Part shown: one piece after another, positions 37,991-50,490 of the stretch
How the letters are laid out: each line of letters starts with the position of its first letter
Position numbering within the stretch: the first letter of the stretch is position 1
From: Rhina ancylostomus
Taxonomy: Eukaryota
DNA length: 64,000 bases
Direction of reading: 5' to 3'
NCBI GenBank assembly: GCA_030265395.1
Contig: JARFYF010000071.1
Location: 4,713,042 to 4,777,041 of the forward strand
Made by a program: the position numbers and the translations under genes
Notes under the pieces: model-generated
What the model was told of the DNA's origin: nothing
The model's input: only the letters and a program-made list of their open reading frames with translations
Database searches by the model: none

Positions 37991-39414
37991 TAGCAATACA
38001 GCTATGACATGTTTAATGTCAATTAGCATAATTTCCCTTCCACTCCACCAGCTCTTTGCACATATCCAAACCCACCTTGCTCCATCCTTCACTTCCTCCG
38101 TCAATCTATCACTATGACAGAGGAAAGGAATTTGGCAGCGGTACTAGTCTAACATAGCTATTAGCTATCTAAGAGCAAAGTAACTCTCTCAACTTCTGTG
38201 CCAGGGACCAGCAGATTCAGTAACTTAGTGGCCTTAAGATGAGGAGGGTGAAAAAAAACATAGAATCTCTATTTTGGGTTGTGCTGGATTGTCTAATGCT
38301 ACAATTCACAGCTCAAAACAAGTTTTCTGCTCCTCTGAAGCAGCTATTTGATTGTTTATGGAGTGAGGTGGTGAGAGAATTGCTCTGCAACATTACAGTT
38401 CCATGGAGAGCACTGCGATCAATAGAAACAGAATTATCCTAAGGCAGCAAGGAAATTATATCATGGAATTATACACAGTTGGCTCAGATCTCTGCATAGG
38501 AACTAGATAATGCATATTTTGGTGTTCAGAGCAAATACAGAATTCCTTGTTTTTCTCAAATAATTCTGCTAGCCTGAGACTAGCTTATTGCTGGGAAAAA
38601 GCAGAGTTCAAACCATTTGTTCCAACTCAGCTTCACAATGGAGGTAATCAGTATAGGAGGCCGTTCTATTCAATTTTATTGTTTCATAAAATATACCCAC
38701 TGATCAAAACAAGATTTTATTCAAGTCTCATTTGTGTTTCAACAAATCTATTCATCTCAGGGTTGGTGACCTATGAAAGCACCATCATATTTGCCTACCA
38801 ACCTAGAAGGCTGGTATTTAATTATTTATTCCAAACCCGCTATAAAACCTTGATGAAAAAGGAGGCATGCAGGCAATTTAGGTATCTGCATGGTATTTTC
38901 ATTGTTAACATTGTTGTAAACCACAAAATAATCTGTTCTACCAAAACACCATGTTGTACTGAGGATTTCTGTCATAATTCAATTAAAAGATACTTAGACA
39001 GGTACATGGATAGAAAAGGTTTAGACGGATAAAGGCCAAACGTGGGCAAATGGAGTAGGTTAGATGGTAATCTTGATCGACATGGACCAGTTGGGCCAAA
39101 AGGCCTGTTTCCATGTTGTCTGACTCTATGACTCTAATTTTCATCAAATGGTTGTCTGGTCTTCACAAATAGATACGTGTAGAGTTTAACAGCATTGAGC
39201 TACTGTGAAAACATCACGTGAATATCAAGATGCTAGCTACTGACACATATTAAACTAGCCATGCTATTACCTAGCTGCCTCTAACATTTATTTTCTGTAA
39301 TTGTTGATGCATTAGGCACTTTTTCTTTAAATTAGTTTCTTCAGGTGAGAAAACCTAGTATGAATTGAGTGAGGTTTTTTGAAATGATATAGGGAAGCTA
39401 ATTCCTCTGACAGG

Positions 39415-40555
39415 GAACGAGTCTCCAGTGATCCAGTGTCTGCATTCCAAGATCAAGGTGTTCTTATTATGTCTCAGCCTAGATCCCTTCCTCAAGCAAC
39501 AGCATCAAAAGCAGACTGGCTGATCACTCATCTCTGTGGTGTTTATGTAACAATGCTGTACAACAAGGAAATGTGATTTTAAAATTGGAACCAAGCTGCT
39601 TAGAAATCACTATTTTTTAAATAACAGAAATGGGGTGATCATGCTGCTCTAAAACACTACAGATGCTGAGTCAATTAAAATTTTCAATATATTATTTATT
39701 AGAATTTTGTTGGCCGTGGTTACACAAAACAGGGAGCAAAGGCAAGTAAAGTTGAGTTTCATATGTCGTGATCTAATTGAATGAAATATCAATCTCAAGG
39801 GCTGCTCAAGGGAAGAATGGGAGAACCCCTTAATGTTCTTGGAATACCACAGGAAGATCTTTGGAAATCCTCCTCAACCTCCTAGGCTCAAAGGAACACT
39901 AGAAAACACAAAGAAAGAACTGCCTTACTGATCAATGAAGACATTGCAGGTTGACAGATTAATTGGCCACTGTAAATTGCCTCTGGTGTGTAGGTGAGTA
40001 CCTCTGAGGGGAGTTGATAGGATTATGGGGAGAATAAAATGTCATTCATGTACCATTAGTAGAAATGGATGCTTGATGGTCGGTATGGATTTGACAGGGC
40101 AAGGGTCCTGGATTACTTTCTATATTTTACTTATTACTATAATTCTGTGCTGTATTACTCAATGACTCTCTAACTGCAGAAAATAAAGATATCTGAACAC
40201 TCACATGATGTTGTCATAGCAGCTCACTGCTACTAAGTTCCACATACTCTGCCTTATAGCAAAGATAATATACATTTCAACTCAACTTACATGGTTGCAA
40301 GAGCCTCCATAGATCTAATAGAAGGTATTCCTGGAGATCAAGGGGTCTCTTAATACTTGAGCCAAGATTCCCCTCAAGCGACATCAAAGAATAGTCTGGC
40401 TGATCACTCATCTCCATGTTCTGTGCAACTTTGCTGCATAACAGGTTCTGCACTTCCTTTAAACATTCAACAAGTTTGAAACAGTAATTTATTGTGTGCA
40501 AAACACACAAGATATTCTGATGTTAAAAAGTACATTATAAATAAAGGATTTTTTT
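39415..40555 (+). mobile_element. Two related old SINE remnants (about 39415-39565 and 40320-40555), Deu/AmnSINE-like 3' part
   Basis: Both contain agatcaagg...cctcaagc..catcaaa...ctggctgatcactcatctc; the second has an L2-like tail. Confidence 0.5.
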
Positions 40556-40824
40556 GTCGTATTCCATTTAATGGTACATATGGCGTCATCATTTTTCTGA
40601 ATGTACACTGGCCACCAAGCCACCAAAAGCAGGCCTTTAGCCATCTTGTCACCTGTAACATGACAGAAACACGTAACAGATGGTGCAGTTATAGCTGGCT
40701 TGGCACCAATCACACTTTTACTAATGTTGAGGCATGGACAGTTGGAAACATGCAGTATGCCATCAACAAGCGAAAAAGAGGATATCTCAAATGCTCACCT
40801 TGTTTCAACCATGCCATGGTATGG

Positions 40825-41130
40825 AAGAATAGTGGTTAAGTCACTAAGTGAGCATCCAGAGGCCTGGACTATTGACCCAGAAACCTAAGTTTGAATACCT
40901 CCTCTGCATTAGGGGAAGTTAAATTCAAATAAATCTGCCATTAAAAAGTTACCATCAGTAACCATGAAAATATTAGATGGTCTGTTTAACTACTGTAATA
41001 TCCTTCAGAAAAGGAAATATTTTGTTGGATATATATGACTTTGAATCCATTACTGTAGTTGACTTTGAACTGCCTCCTCATTTTACAGCCAATTAGGGAT
41101 GGACATAATCCACTAACAATTAAGACGCCA
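40825..41130 (+). mobile_element. tRNA-derived SINE with a tail shared with the 13560-type LINE
   Basis: gtggttaagtcact...gtttgaatacc head; tail caattagggatggacataa. Confidence 0.55.
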
Positions 41131-41184
41131 AAACACCCTAAGAATAATATGGATGATCAAGAAACTTTAGGGAGAAAGAAATAT

Positions 41185-41830
41185 TTTATCATTAGAAAAA
41201 ATGTACTAAGGAGCCAAACCCTTGGATGGCCTGCATCCAAGCTGAAAATAAGCAGCAGCAGAGATAGTGAATACATTTGTGTAATCTACCAAAATTTCCT
41301 GGACTCTGGAGAGTTACAAGAAGATTGGAAAAAAATGTACATATACCAGCACTAAAATGACAGAGACAGAAAGCAAGAAACTTTTAACCAAATAGCTGAA
41401 CATTGGTCATTGGGAAAGTGCTAGAATCCATTCTTAAGGAGGAAATAGCAAAGCGGCTGGAAAATTATAAGCCAATCGTGCAGAATCAATATGATTTTAT
41501 GAACAAGAAATCACGTTTGACAAATTTGCAAGAGTTTTTTGGGGATGTAACTAACAGGATGGATGAAGGGGAACCAGCAGATGTAGTGAATATGGATTTC
41601 CAGAAGGCATTCAATATCATGCCAGATAAAATACTACTGCACAAAAGCCAACAGGTTGGGACAATATACTGAAATGGATAGAATCGTGACCAACTTACAA
41701 AAAACAGGCAAGTCGCGATAAATGAGTCATTTTCAAATTGGCGATCAGTAACTAGCTGGTTGCAACAGATCAATGCTGGGGCCTCAACATTTTATAATCT
41801 ATATTTATAATTGGAATGGATGGTGATATC
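41185..41830 (+). mobile_element. CR1 ORF2 RT fragment
   Basis: IYQNFLDSGELQEDWK; VIGKVLESILKEEI...QNQYDFMNKKSRLTNLQEFFGDVTNRMDEGEPADVVNMDFQKAFNIMP. Confidence 0.88.
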
Positions 41831-41864
41831 TTGTCTAGATACCACCCTCCATCAACACAAAAAT

Positions 41865-42460
41865 ATGCCCTTCAGCCCACCAAGTATTCAGTGATGATCA
41901 ACCACCCATTTACACTAGTCCTGGTTTATTTTTCCCACATTCCCATCAACTCATCCCAGATACCACTCATCTACACAGTAGGGGAATTTACAGTGGCCAA
42001 TTAACCTAACAACCCAGACATTATGGTATGTGGGAAGAAACCAGATCACCAAAAGAACCCACAGGTATCAGGGAGAATGCTGAAATTCCATACAGATAAC
42101 ACCGCCTAGAGCAGGTGGTGCTTCAAGAAGGCAAAATCCAAAGATCCCCACCATCCAGGCCACACCACCTTCTAACCACCACCAAAAGGCAGGAGGTACT
42201 GAAGCCTGAAGTCCCACACCACCAGGTTCAATAATAGCTACTTCCCTTAGTTTAGCAACACTATGACAATTTTGATCACTTTGTACTAAAGTGAACTTTT
42301 TTTTGTTCTAATTTTGTTCTTTCTGGTAAAAACTGTTTTATTTATGTTTATGTTTCTCTTGTGAATGCTGCTTATATGATGCTAATTGCCTGTGAAACTG
42401 CTGTAAGACTCGTGCATACACGTACTTGTGCATATGACAATAATCTTGGCTTTGACTTTG
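41865..42460. mobile_element. V-SINE (minus, 41865-42100) with a Rex1-like 3' end (plus, 42103-42460)
   Basis: ggggaatttacagtggccaattaacc SINE body; aaagatccccaccatccaggccac...ggcaggaggtactgaagcctgaagtcccacaccaccaggttca Rex1-like block. Confidence 0.7.
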
Positions 42461-42964
42461 AATTGAACCCAGATCTCTAGAGCTTTGAGGGAGCAGTTTG
42501 AGCAGTTACGTCACTGTGCCACAGTACAAGCTGAATGCTCCGGACACATTTCTTTGGATGTTTACAAAGAGCAGTCAGTAATTTATCAACTAACACTAAA
42601 GATAAACAAGAATTTTGTACAAATGACAACAAATGTGTGCTGAATGCTACTTGATTATACTGTGCATAAGAGTACCAATCAGCCAGACCACACAGAACAG
42701 CTTTTAAGTAGACCCATTTGGGTTTTTGATAACTTTTGATCACATAATGCACAAAAACACTGCAAAGCAATAACATTTCTCGGCCACTATTAATAAAGCT
42801 AATATAATTATAAAACAGACACATGGTGCAAAACTACTGGCTAATCTACATTGGGTTTCCACAATTGGCTATACCTTTAACAACAAATGCACGACATTAC
42901 TTAAACATTTAAACTGATAGTTCAATTAAAAGGAACACTCAGGTTGTCGGCCAATAGTGCAGAA

Positions 42965-43180
42965 GAGAAATACAAGAGACTGCAGCTGATGCAATGTGGA
43001 GCAAAAAAAAACTGCTGGAAGAGCACAGCATGTCAGGCAGTATCTGTGGAGGCAAAAGGAAAGTTGACGTTTCAGGCAGGGGCTGGCAGGTAGAACCAGG
43101 TGAGGACCAAGGGAACTTTCTATTCTGTCTGGGGGAGTGCGTGGTGAGGGCAGAATTCTGGGAAATGGAGGAGATGTAAG
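42965..43180 (-). mobile_element. Internally deleted Penelope-like element
   Basis: Minus strand: a PLE ORF fragment (homologous to 55575-55665) joined to CCT-GAAAC-GTC-AACT and the complete terminal repeat ending gcagtctcttgtatttc. Confidence 0.7.
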
Positions 43181-43859
43181 TGGCAGCAATGGCTAGGTAA
43201 TCTCTTCACTGAAACAGAGACAGATTTGCTATGAAATTTTAACCAGTCGGCCTCTTGAGGCACTGCAGAAGCCCTGCAGTTCTACCGCTGAAACCTCTGT
43301 CCTGTCTCCTCGATAATAAATGTGATTAAAGATAATGGAGAAATACTTCCAAAAAGGGCAAAGGAGATACCAGATAAAAACTGAAAATTGGTTTCTGAAA
43401 ATTTCAAATGCCCATTTCTAACCTGCTTGTGTAAATTATTTATAGGGGCATGGACAGGAACCCAATTTTGTGCACTTTGGAGAAACATATTAATCATATA
43501 CATGTACAATCCATATGTGTGTGTGCATCTTTATTATGCTCAGTGATTACTGTGGAAGGTGCCATACCCTTATTGAAGCATGCCCAGGTACACTCAGCAA
43601 GATGAGATGTGTTATTCACGGGGATGTGAAAGGTTTTCAATTTCAGACACGCAGTGTCAGCATGGAACATTTCCAGTGAAGGCACAATCAACTATTGTAC
43701 AAATCTACCTACACTCTTCATCAACTGAAGAAGGGCACCATTTACCTAAACAGGGAAACTATTCTTCTTATCCTAACCTAGCCTTGCTATGGGCTTCTAT
43801 AGATTACAGCCTCATTCATTGTCAATTTGTGAAGTTTGGTACATCATAAATCATTTAAC

Positions 43860-44300
43860 AGTTATAGCACTGAAGGTCATTCAGCCCATCAAGTTCTTCA
43901 TGGCTCTCTGTAGAGCAATCCATTCAGTCTCATTCCCATAGCTCTTTTCCCACAGACTTGAAAATTATATTCCCTGGAAGTTCTTACCCAATCCCTTTTT
44001 GAAAGCCATGACTTTGTCTCCATCACCCTTACAGGCAACAAGTTTTAGATCAATACCACTCTCTGTAACCTTTGTCCATTGCTTTAAATTTGTCCCGTCC
44101 CGTCCCCTCCACCCCCAAGCTTGATCAGTCCACTAATGGGAACATCTTCCCTCTCCTTACCCTACCTGCACCTTCATGAGCTTGAACACATTTGTCAGAT
44201 CCCCTGTCAAACTACATTGCCACAAGGAGAGCAAGCCTAGCTTCTCCATTCCTACCTTGTAGCTGAAATCCTGTATGCCTGGAACTACTCTGGTGGATTC
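43860..44300 (-). mobile_element. Old CR1 3' remnant
   Basis: ggtcattcagcccatcaag...taccactctctgtaa...tttgtcagatcccctg; related to 19355-19790. Confidence 0.55.
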
Positions 44301-45160
44301 TAGTTATTACTCACGTGCGCATACAAGCATAAATATGAACACATGAATTACAAGCAGGAGTAGGTCACTTGGACCCTAAAACTTGCTCTGCCATTTAGTA
44401 AAATCTTGGTTGATCTGAATATAACCTCAAAATAGCCTAAACCTGTTTCTCCTTAGATTTTCATGGTCAAATGATAAGTTTCCATTCTTTCATAAGTGGC
44501 ATGTTAACCTTTGCCATTTACAACCAGAGTGGACCGTGAAGGTAAAGGTGAAAGGCCAAAATGCTAACCTAAAATAGCTATCAAGCTGGGGTAACTCCAT
44601 GCTCCTGATTCAGCAACCACCTCACCAGTGATAAGCTTTATTTCTAGGTAAGGACAAGTGGCCTTTTAGGCAAACATCTGCATATTAGACTGTTCAGGCA
44701 AAATGAGACAGCTTGAATGATATGCAAATTTCATGAGATGTATAGATAATGGGAGAAAGGAAAATGATTAGTTGTTCAGAATTATACTTATATCATTAAT
44801 CATTTAGTTTTCTTGACATCGCGCATTAGGAAAGATATCAGCCCTTGGAGAGGATGTATGGTACCAATGTGGCAAAGTGGATGAGGTAATTCAGTTTTAC
44901 AGAAGCTGCAGAAACTGGTTGTTCACCTTGGAGCAGGCAGTAGATTTAATACTAACTTATACAGAATACGGGTAGAGCTGAGGAAAGAAAATTTGCTTCA
45001 ACAGAAGAGATTGTTATATGAAAACAGATTTAAGGTAATTGGCAAAAGAGCTTAAAAGGGAGGAGAGAAGTCCCTTACTCAGGAAGTTGTAACGCTTTGT
45101 AACATACTCCCTAAAATGGGAGTTGAAGCAGATTCAATAGTCACTAATAGTAACAGAAAA

Positions 45161-45610
45161 AGTTCTAATGAAGGGTCTTTGACTTGAAATATTAACTCCA
45201 TTTCTCTATCCACAGATGCTGCCTGGCCTACAAAGCGTTTTCAAAATTTTTAGAAACATAGAAAAACTACAGCACAATTCAGGCCCTTCAGCCCACAAAG
45301 CTGTGCTGAACATGTCCCTACCCTAGANNNNNNNNNNNNNNNNNNNNNNNNNNNNNNNNNNNNNNNNNNNNNNNNNNNNNNNNNNNNNNNNNNNNNNNNN
45401 NNNNNNNNNNNNNNNNNNNNNNNNNNNGCGTCCTATGGACTCAGACCCCAAGATCCCTCTGATCCTCCACACTGCCTAGAGTCCTACCATTAATACTATA
45501 TTCTACCATCATATTCGACCTACCAAAATGAACCACTTCACACTTATCTGGGTTGAAATTTTCTGTTTTTTATTTCAGATTTCCAGCATCTACAGTTTTT
45601 TTGATTTTCA
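45161..45610 (+). mobile_element. PLE terminal repeat with hammerhead-like motif, split by a CR1 insertion (about 45252-45555, minus)
   Basis: AGTT-CTaATGA-A-GGGTC-TTT-GACTT-GAAA-TATT-AACT, then cacagatgctgcctggcc; resumes at ttctgttttttatttcagatttccagcatctacag; aaatttt on both sides of the CR1 may be a target-site duplication. Confidence 0.7.
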
Positions 45611-46019
45611 ATACAATTAAAAGGCGTTTTGAATAGCTACAAAAGTTTAAAAAGGACTCAATTTAATGTCTTTAAAACTTTAAAGTCTTTCACTGTCAGC
45701 TGAAATAGTAAGAATTTAAGTTCTCTGAGGAAAAAGGCATTACCTCAAAATGGGTGGTCCCTCTCACTACAGCCCTCTCCAGAAGCACATTTAACTGTCT
45801 TGAACAGTTTCACGCCATCAGTATCAATCGCTTTCAAATTTCAGTTTGATAGTCCATTTGCTCTTACAAGTCCAATTTTTAATTTAACTCTGAACACTGC
45901 CATTCACATTTGAGACCCTTGCATGGATTCTGATTTTGATTTTCCATTAAATCAGCACAACCCCAGTGAAGAACTAAGCCTTAAAGCATAGTGTGTCTTA
46001 TTCATTCACATGATATACA

Positions 46020-46610
46020 TGTTGCTGGCAAGAAAAGCATTTAATGCCAGTCTCCAACTGCCTTTGAAGTGTCTTGCTGTGGTGGTCTGGAATCGCACAT
46101 GGACCAGACTTGATAAGGATACCAAATTTCCTTCATGCACAGGACATGAGTAAAACAGGTATATTATTTCTACAATCTAATAGCTTCAACATCACCATTA
46201 GTAATTCAAGCCCTATATTTCCAGAATTTACATAATTAACTGAAATGTTGTTTTCCCAATTTTTTTTTTAATCTATTCATTCACAAGATGTGGGCATTGC
46301 CATCCATTCATTACCATCCATTCCAGGTTGCCCCTGAATGAAGAAGGAAGTTAAGACTCAGTCACATTGATGGGACCAGTGTCAGAAATAGGATAGAACA
46401 GATAAAGACAAGATCCCAAAAGGACAAAAGTGAACCAGATGTGTTTTTATAACTATCCGGCAGTTTCATGGTTAGGATTAGCAATATTTTAAAAAATATT
46501 CCAGATTTATTTAATTACTTAAATTCAAATTCTCCAGTTGCTACAATGTGTCTACAGATCATAAAGTTAGGCCTCAGGATTGTTAATCCAGTAATTTAAC
46601 CATTATAGTA
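46020..46610 (-). mobile_element. Two adjacent SINE remnants of the 4960/40825 family
   Basis: Repeated ggaca..agt.aa.cag.t and tccaga(t)tta blocks; reverse head aatccagtaatttaaccattata. Confidence 0.5.
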
Positions 46611-47254
46611 CCCTTACAACCTAATCAAAGCAATGAGGAGTTCAACAGAAAGTGAAAGCAGTTTATTAGTCAACACCTTATCCTTTCCCTCACATTACAT
46701 CTCTCCTTCTGCTTGGTTAGCTAGCTCTAATTAAATTACAGCAAGAGTTCCAGTCTCTTAAGGGTGTTCACCTAATGTATGAATTGCCTGACTCATTCTT
46801 AATTAGACAGCCTACTGGATCACTACAGACAAATACATTTCACCTTCTACATGCAATATAAATCCTTGCTGGTTAGTGGTCCATTCAGCAATGTAGATTT
46901 CAAGTTAAATTGAATCATTTTTTAAAAAACATCTGGAAATCTCCATTTCAGAAGTAACTGAGAGATTAAGAGTTGGAGTACCTTAATTCTGTTACTAAGG
47001 TTGGTTCTTCTTTACTTGAGACATTACAAAGTAGTACTGAGAAGATAAGAAACAAGAGCAGGAAAAAGCCACTCAGCCCCATTACACCAATGCACATAAT
47101 TACACACTGACAGAATCAAGGTACATCAATTATTAATGTAAAATGAAACAAATGTATTTATAAAGCCCCTTATCATATCCATCACAAGGTAATTATGTGG
47201 ACTGCTGTTATACTGTATGTGTATCATATCCACTGTCAAATATTAAACAGAACT

Positions 47255-47470
47255 GTGATGACAGCTGGCTAACCTCCATTCTGTTGTTGCTGAATAAGGG
47301 AGAAACATTGTCCAGAGTTCTTAGAGAACCACTCCAATAGTGCCATGAAGTTTTAACATCCAACTAAATTACAGAACAGGGAAAGGAAGACTCATCACTT
47401 GAAAGACTGTAGCTCTGACAATTCTACACTGCCTCAGTGATCAATGCAGTGAAGGCCTAAATTACCCGCT
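47255..47470 (-). mobile_element. Deu-domain SINE remnant
   Basis: aatagtgccatgaagttttaacatccaac...ctcatcacttgaaagactgtagctctgaca is the reverse of the Deu-like core at 53315-53395. Confidence 0.55.
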
Positions 47471-48544
47471 TGTATCTCTGAGCAGGATAATGTTGCACAA
47501 AGTGAATAAGGACTACACGCATGTCCATGTGAGTGTTCATATGCGTGACTGTATGTCTGCCGAACAAGAAAATCCCCATAGAGTGAAATACCTGAGGACT
47601 ATCTCTATCTGTGACAGAGGAGGTGGGAAAGAGAAAAGGAGAAGTATGGAGAAGAAAAAGAAAATCTATATTCCTTTTCACTAATAATCTACTAGCAAAG
47701 GAGGGCTTCCCTTTAACCAAAAATAAAGGGATGAGTCTAGGGGTTTTTAAGTTTGGCCTCTGGGCCATTAGATAGATCAATAGCCTTAATAATCCAGCCG
47801 TAATACAATACAAGGTTATTGCTTTTATTTAAAATTTCAAATGTTTGAAACCTTCTTCACTAGCTTAAGGTTACATAATGCCAATGAAATTGTAATCTGC
47901 TCCAATCTCTCTCTCTCTATATATATTTTTTTCATACATATACATAAATTTCAAAAGTGCTACAGTACACATTTCATGACACATGCAGGTGANNNNNNNN
48001 NNNNNNNNNNNNNNNNNNNNNNNNNNNNNNNNNNNNNNNNNNNNNNNNNNNNNNNNNNNNNNNNNNNNNNNNNNNNNNNNNNNNNNNNNNNNATAATAAA
48101 CCTGATTCCGTTCATTAAAATTACCAACAAAACTGGCTAGTAAGTGAGATTAGAATATAGCCTTCATAACCAGATGGTCCAAGGATTAATATCAGGTCTG
48201 GCTGTCACTCAAGGCTATCTAGAGAATTAAAATAAAGATTCATTTCATGAATAAACCAAGAAGAGATCAACAGAATCACAAAAATTAAAGATTTCTTCAC
48301 CAGGCAGATTGTTGTGTAACTGGAGATTTCATGGTGATATTTGGATTAAAAACACATTGGGGAGCTAGCTACGAGGCAGACTTGACTGATTAACTATTCT
48401 GTGGTATTATCAATTCCCCAGAGCTGAGAGGGAAAAATCCAAGGACAATTTTATTTTTCCTTCAACGTCCCATTCTTTCCTAAAGACAGTAACTCTTGGT
48501 TGCCATTCATCATTGTCATGTTCAAATCATTATTCTTATTCATT

Positions 48545-48828
48545 TTAAGATATCTTTGTTAGTCACATCGAAACACACAGTGAAATACAGTGAAATTGCA
48601 TGGAATGTTCTGGGGGCAGCCCGCAGGTGTCGCCACACTTCCGGCGCCAACATAGCATGCCCACAACCTCCTATCCTGTACGTCTTTGAAATGTTGGAGG
48701 AAACTGGAGCACCCAGAGGAAACCCACGCAGACAGAGGAACGTACAAACTCCTTGCAGACAGGGGGCCAGATTTGAACCCAGGTTGCTGGTGCTGTAAAG
48801 CGTTACGCTAACCACTACACTACCGTGC
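48545..48828 (-). mobile_element. V-SINE with MER6-like 3' region, well preserved
   Basis: Minus strand gcacggtagtgtagtggttagcgtaacgctttacagc...gggttcaaatctgg, V-domain, then catgctatgttggcgccggaagtgtggcgacac; CpGs retained. Confidence 0.8.
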
Positions 48829-50189
48829 AAAAGCCAAGACTGGAGATATCCTGTCTTCCCAAAGTCATCCTAACATCTTGAATTTCCAGCAGTGTTTATA
48901 TGAGAACAAACTCCCTTATCCATGAGCTGCTGGTCAACAGTTGCACACTCATAAGGAATGAAATTAATTAATAACACAAATACCTAGTCCCCAACTCTGT
49001 AATGCCCTCTTGTCTATTATCCTCCAACATCTCTAAACTCCTCCAATTCTGGTTCCTTGATCATCCAGTTTTTATTCACACTAAGTAACAGCCATACTGC
49101 TTAAGTCTCTCCTTTTCCTACACCCTTGAGTTGCTCTTTAAAATTTCCCCTTTTAAACATAAGAACATCAGAAATAGAAGCAACAGTACGTCATTTGGCC
49201 CAATGAGTCCGCACTGTCATTCATCAAGATCACAGCTGGTTAATAACCTCTTTGCCATTTTCCTGTACTATCGAAATGCAATAATCTAGGTGTGGTCTCA
49301 CCTGGAACCTACATAAGTGCAGAAAATGCAGGTAAAACTCAGTAGTCAGGCGGCATCTGTGGAAAGAGAAACAGTCAACATTCTGGATTTGTGGCTCTTC
49401 GTTTGTATTCAAATCTTTTTGCAATGAAGGCCAAAGCACCACTTGCCTTCCCAATCACTTGCTACATTTGAATGTTGGCTTTCAGGGACTTGTGCACAAA
49501 GTCACCAAAGTTACCTTCAATGTCATCATTGTCCCATTTGCCACCATTTCAGAAACTACTCTGCTTTTGGTTTGCTGGACATGCTTCCCCCCCAACCCAT
49601 CTCACCTGCTTCTACATTACAACCTGTGAACCAAATCAAACATATCCCTGGTTTGAAGCAATAAACTTCAGTACATCAGTGGATGTGTATTGAAACAAAA
49701 TCAATTATTACAGTAAAATACTCCAAGGACATGATCCGATGGCATGTCACGATTTAAATATCTTCAGAAAGAATTAAAAAATGTTTATGTAATGCAAGCT
49801 GTTTTCCTCACAAAAATGAATATGCCTACTTCAACAATTTATTGCAAAAACAGGGAAACATTACTTTTCTGCAATTTTGTCTGTTTTGTCCATAACATTT
49901 TTTTGAAGATCTCCCTGCCACGTAGGTAGGGCTTCATCATTCACTGGATGGCAAGGTTAGCAATTATTACCCTTTTCAAAATTCCCTTGACAAATACTTC
50001 TATGAACTATCTCCATGAACCACTGAAGTCCAGCTAAAGGTGCTTCCACAACAGAGAGATTCAGAATTTTGACCCAGCAATAAAAGAGTGGCAATATAAC
50101 TCCAATTCAAGATATCATGTTGGCCCGAAGGGAAACTTGGAAATGGTTGTACTCCCATGCACATCCTACCCTTATTCCTGTTAGTGATA

Positions 50190-50490
50190 TACCATAAGAT
50201 ATATGAGTAGAATTAGGCCGTTCAGGCCACAGTCTGCTCCACCATTCAATCTTGGCTTATTTTTTGTTTTCAATCCTACTATCCTGCCTTTTGCCCATAA
50301 CCCTTAACCCCCTTACCAATCAAGAACCCAACCACCCAAATTCCACAGATTCACCACCCGCTGGCTGAAGAAATTTCTCCTCATCTCAGTTTTAAAGGGA
50401 CATCCCTTTACTCTGAGGCTGTGCCCTTAGATCCTATTTTCCTACTTATGGAAACACCCTCTCCTCATCCATTCTGTCCAGGCCTTTCAG
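50190..50490 (-). mobile_element. CR1 3' end
   Basis: High similarity to 34175-34520. Confidence 0.8.

Noticed and set aside
38547-39032. 161-aa ORF
   Set aside because: Non-ATG start, no recognisable domain or splice support, and it ends in a CR1 tail (KRYLDRYMDRKGL).
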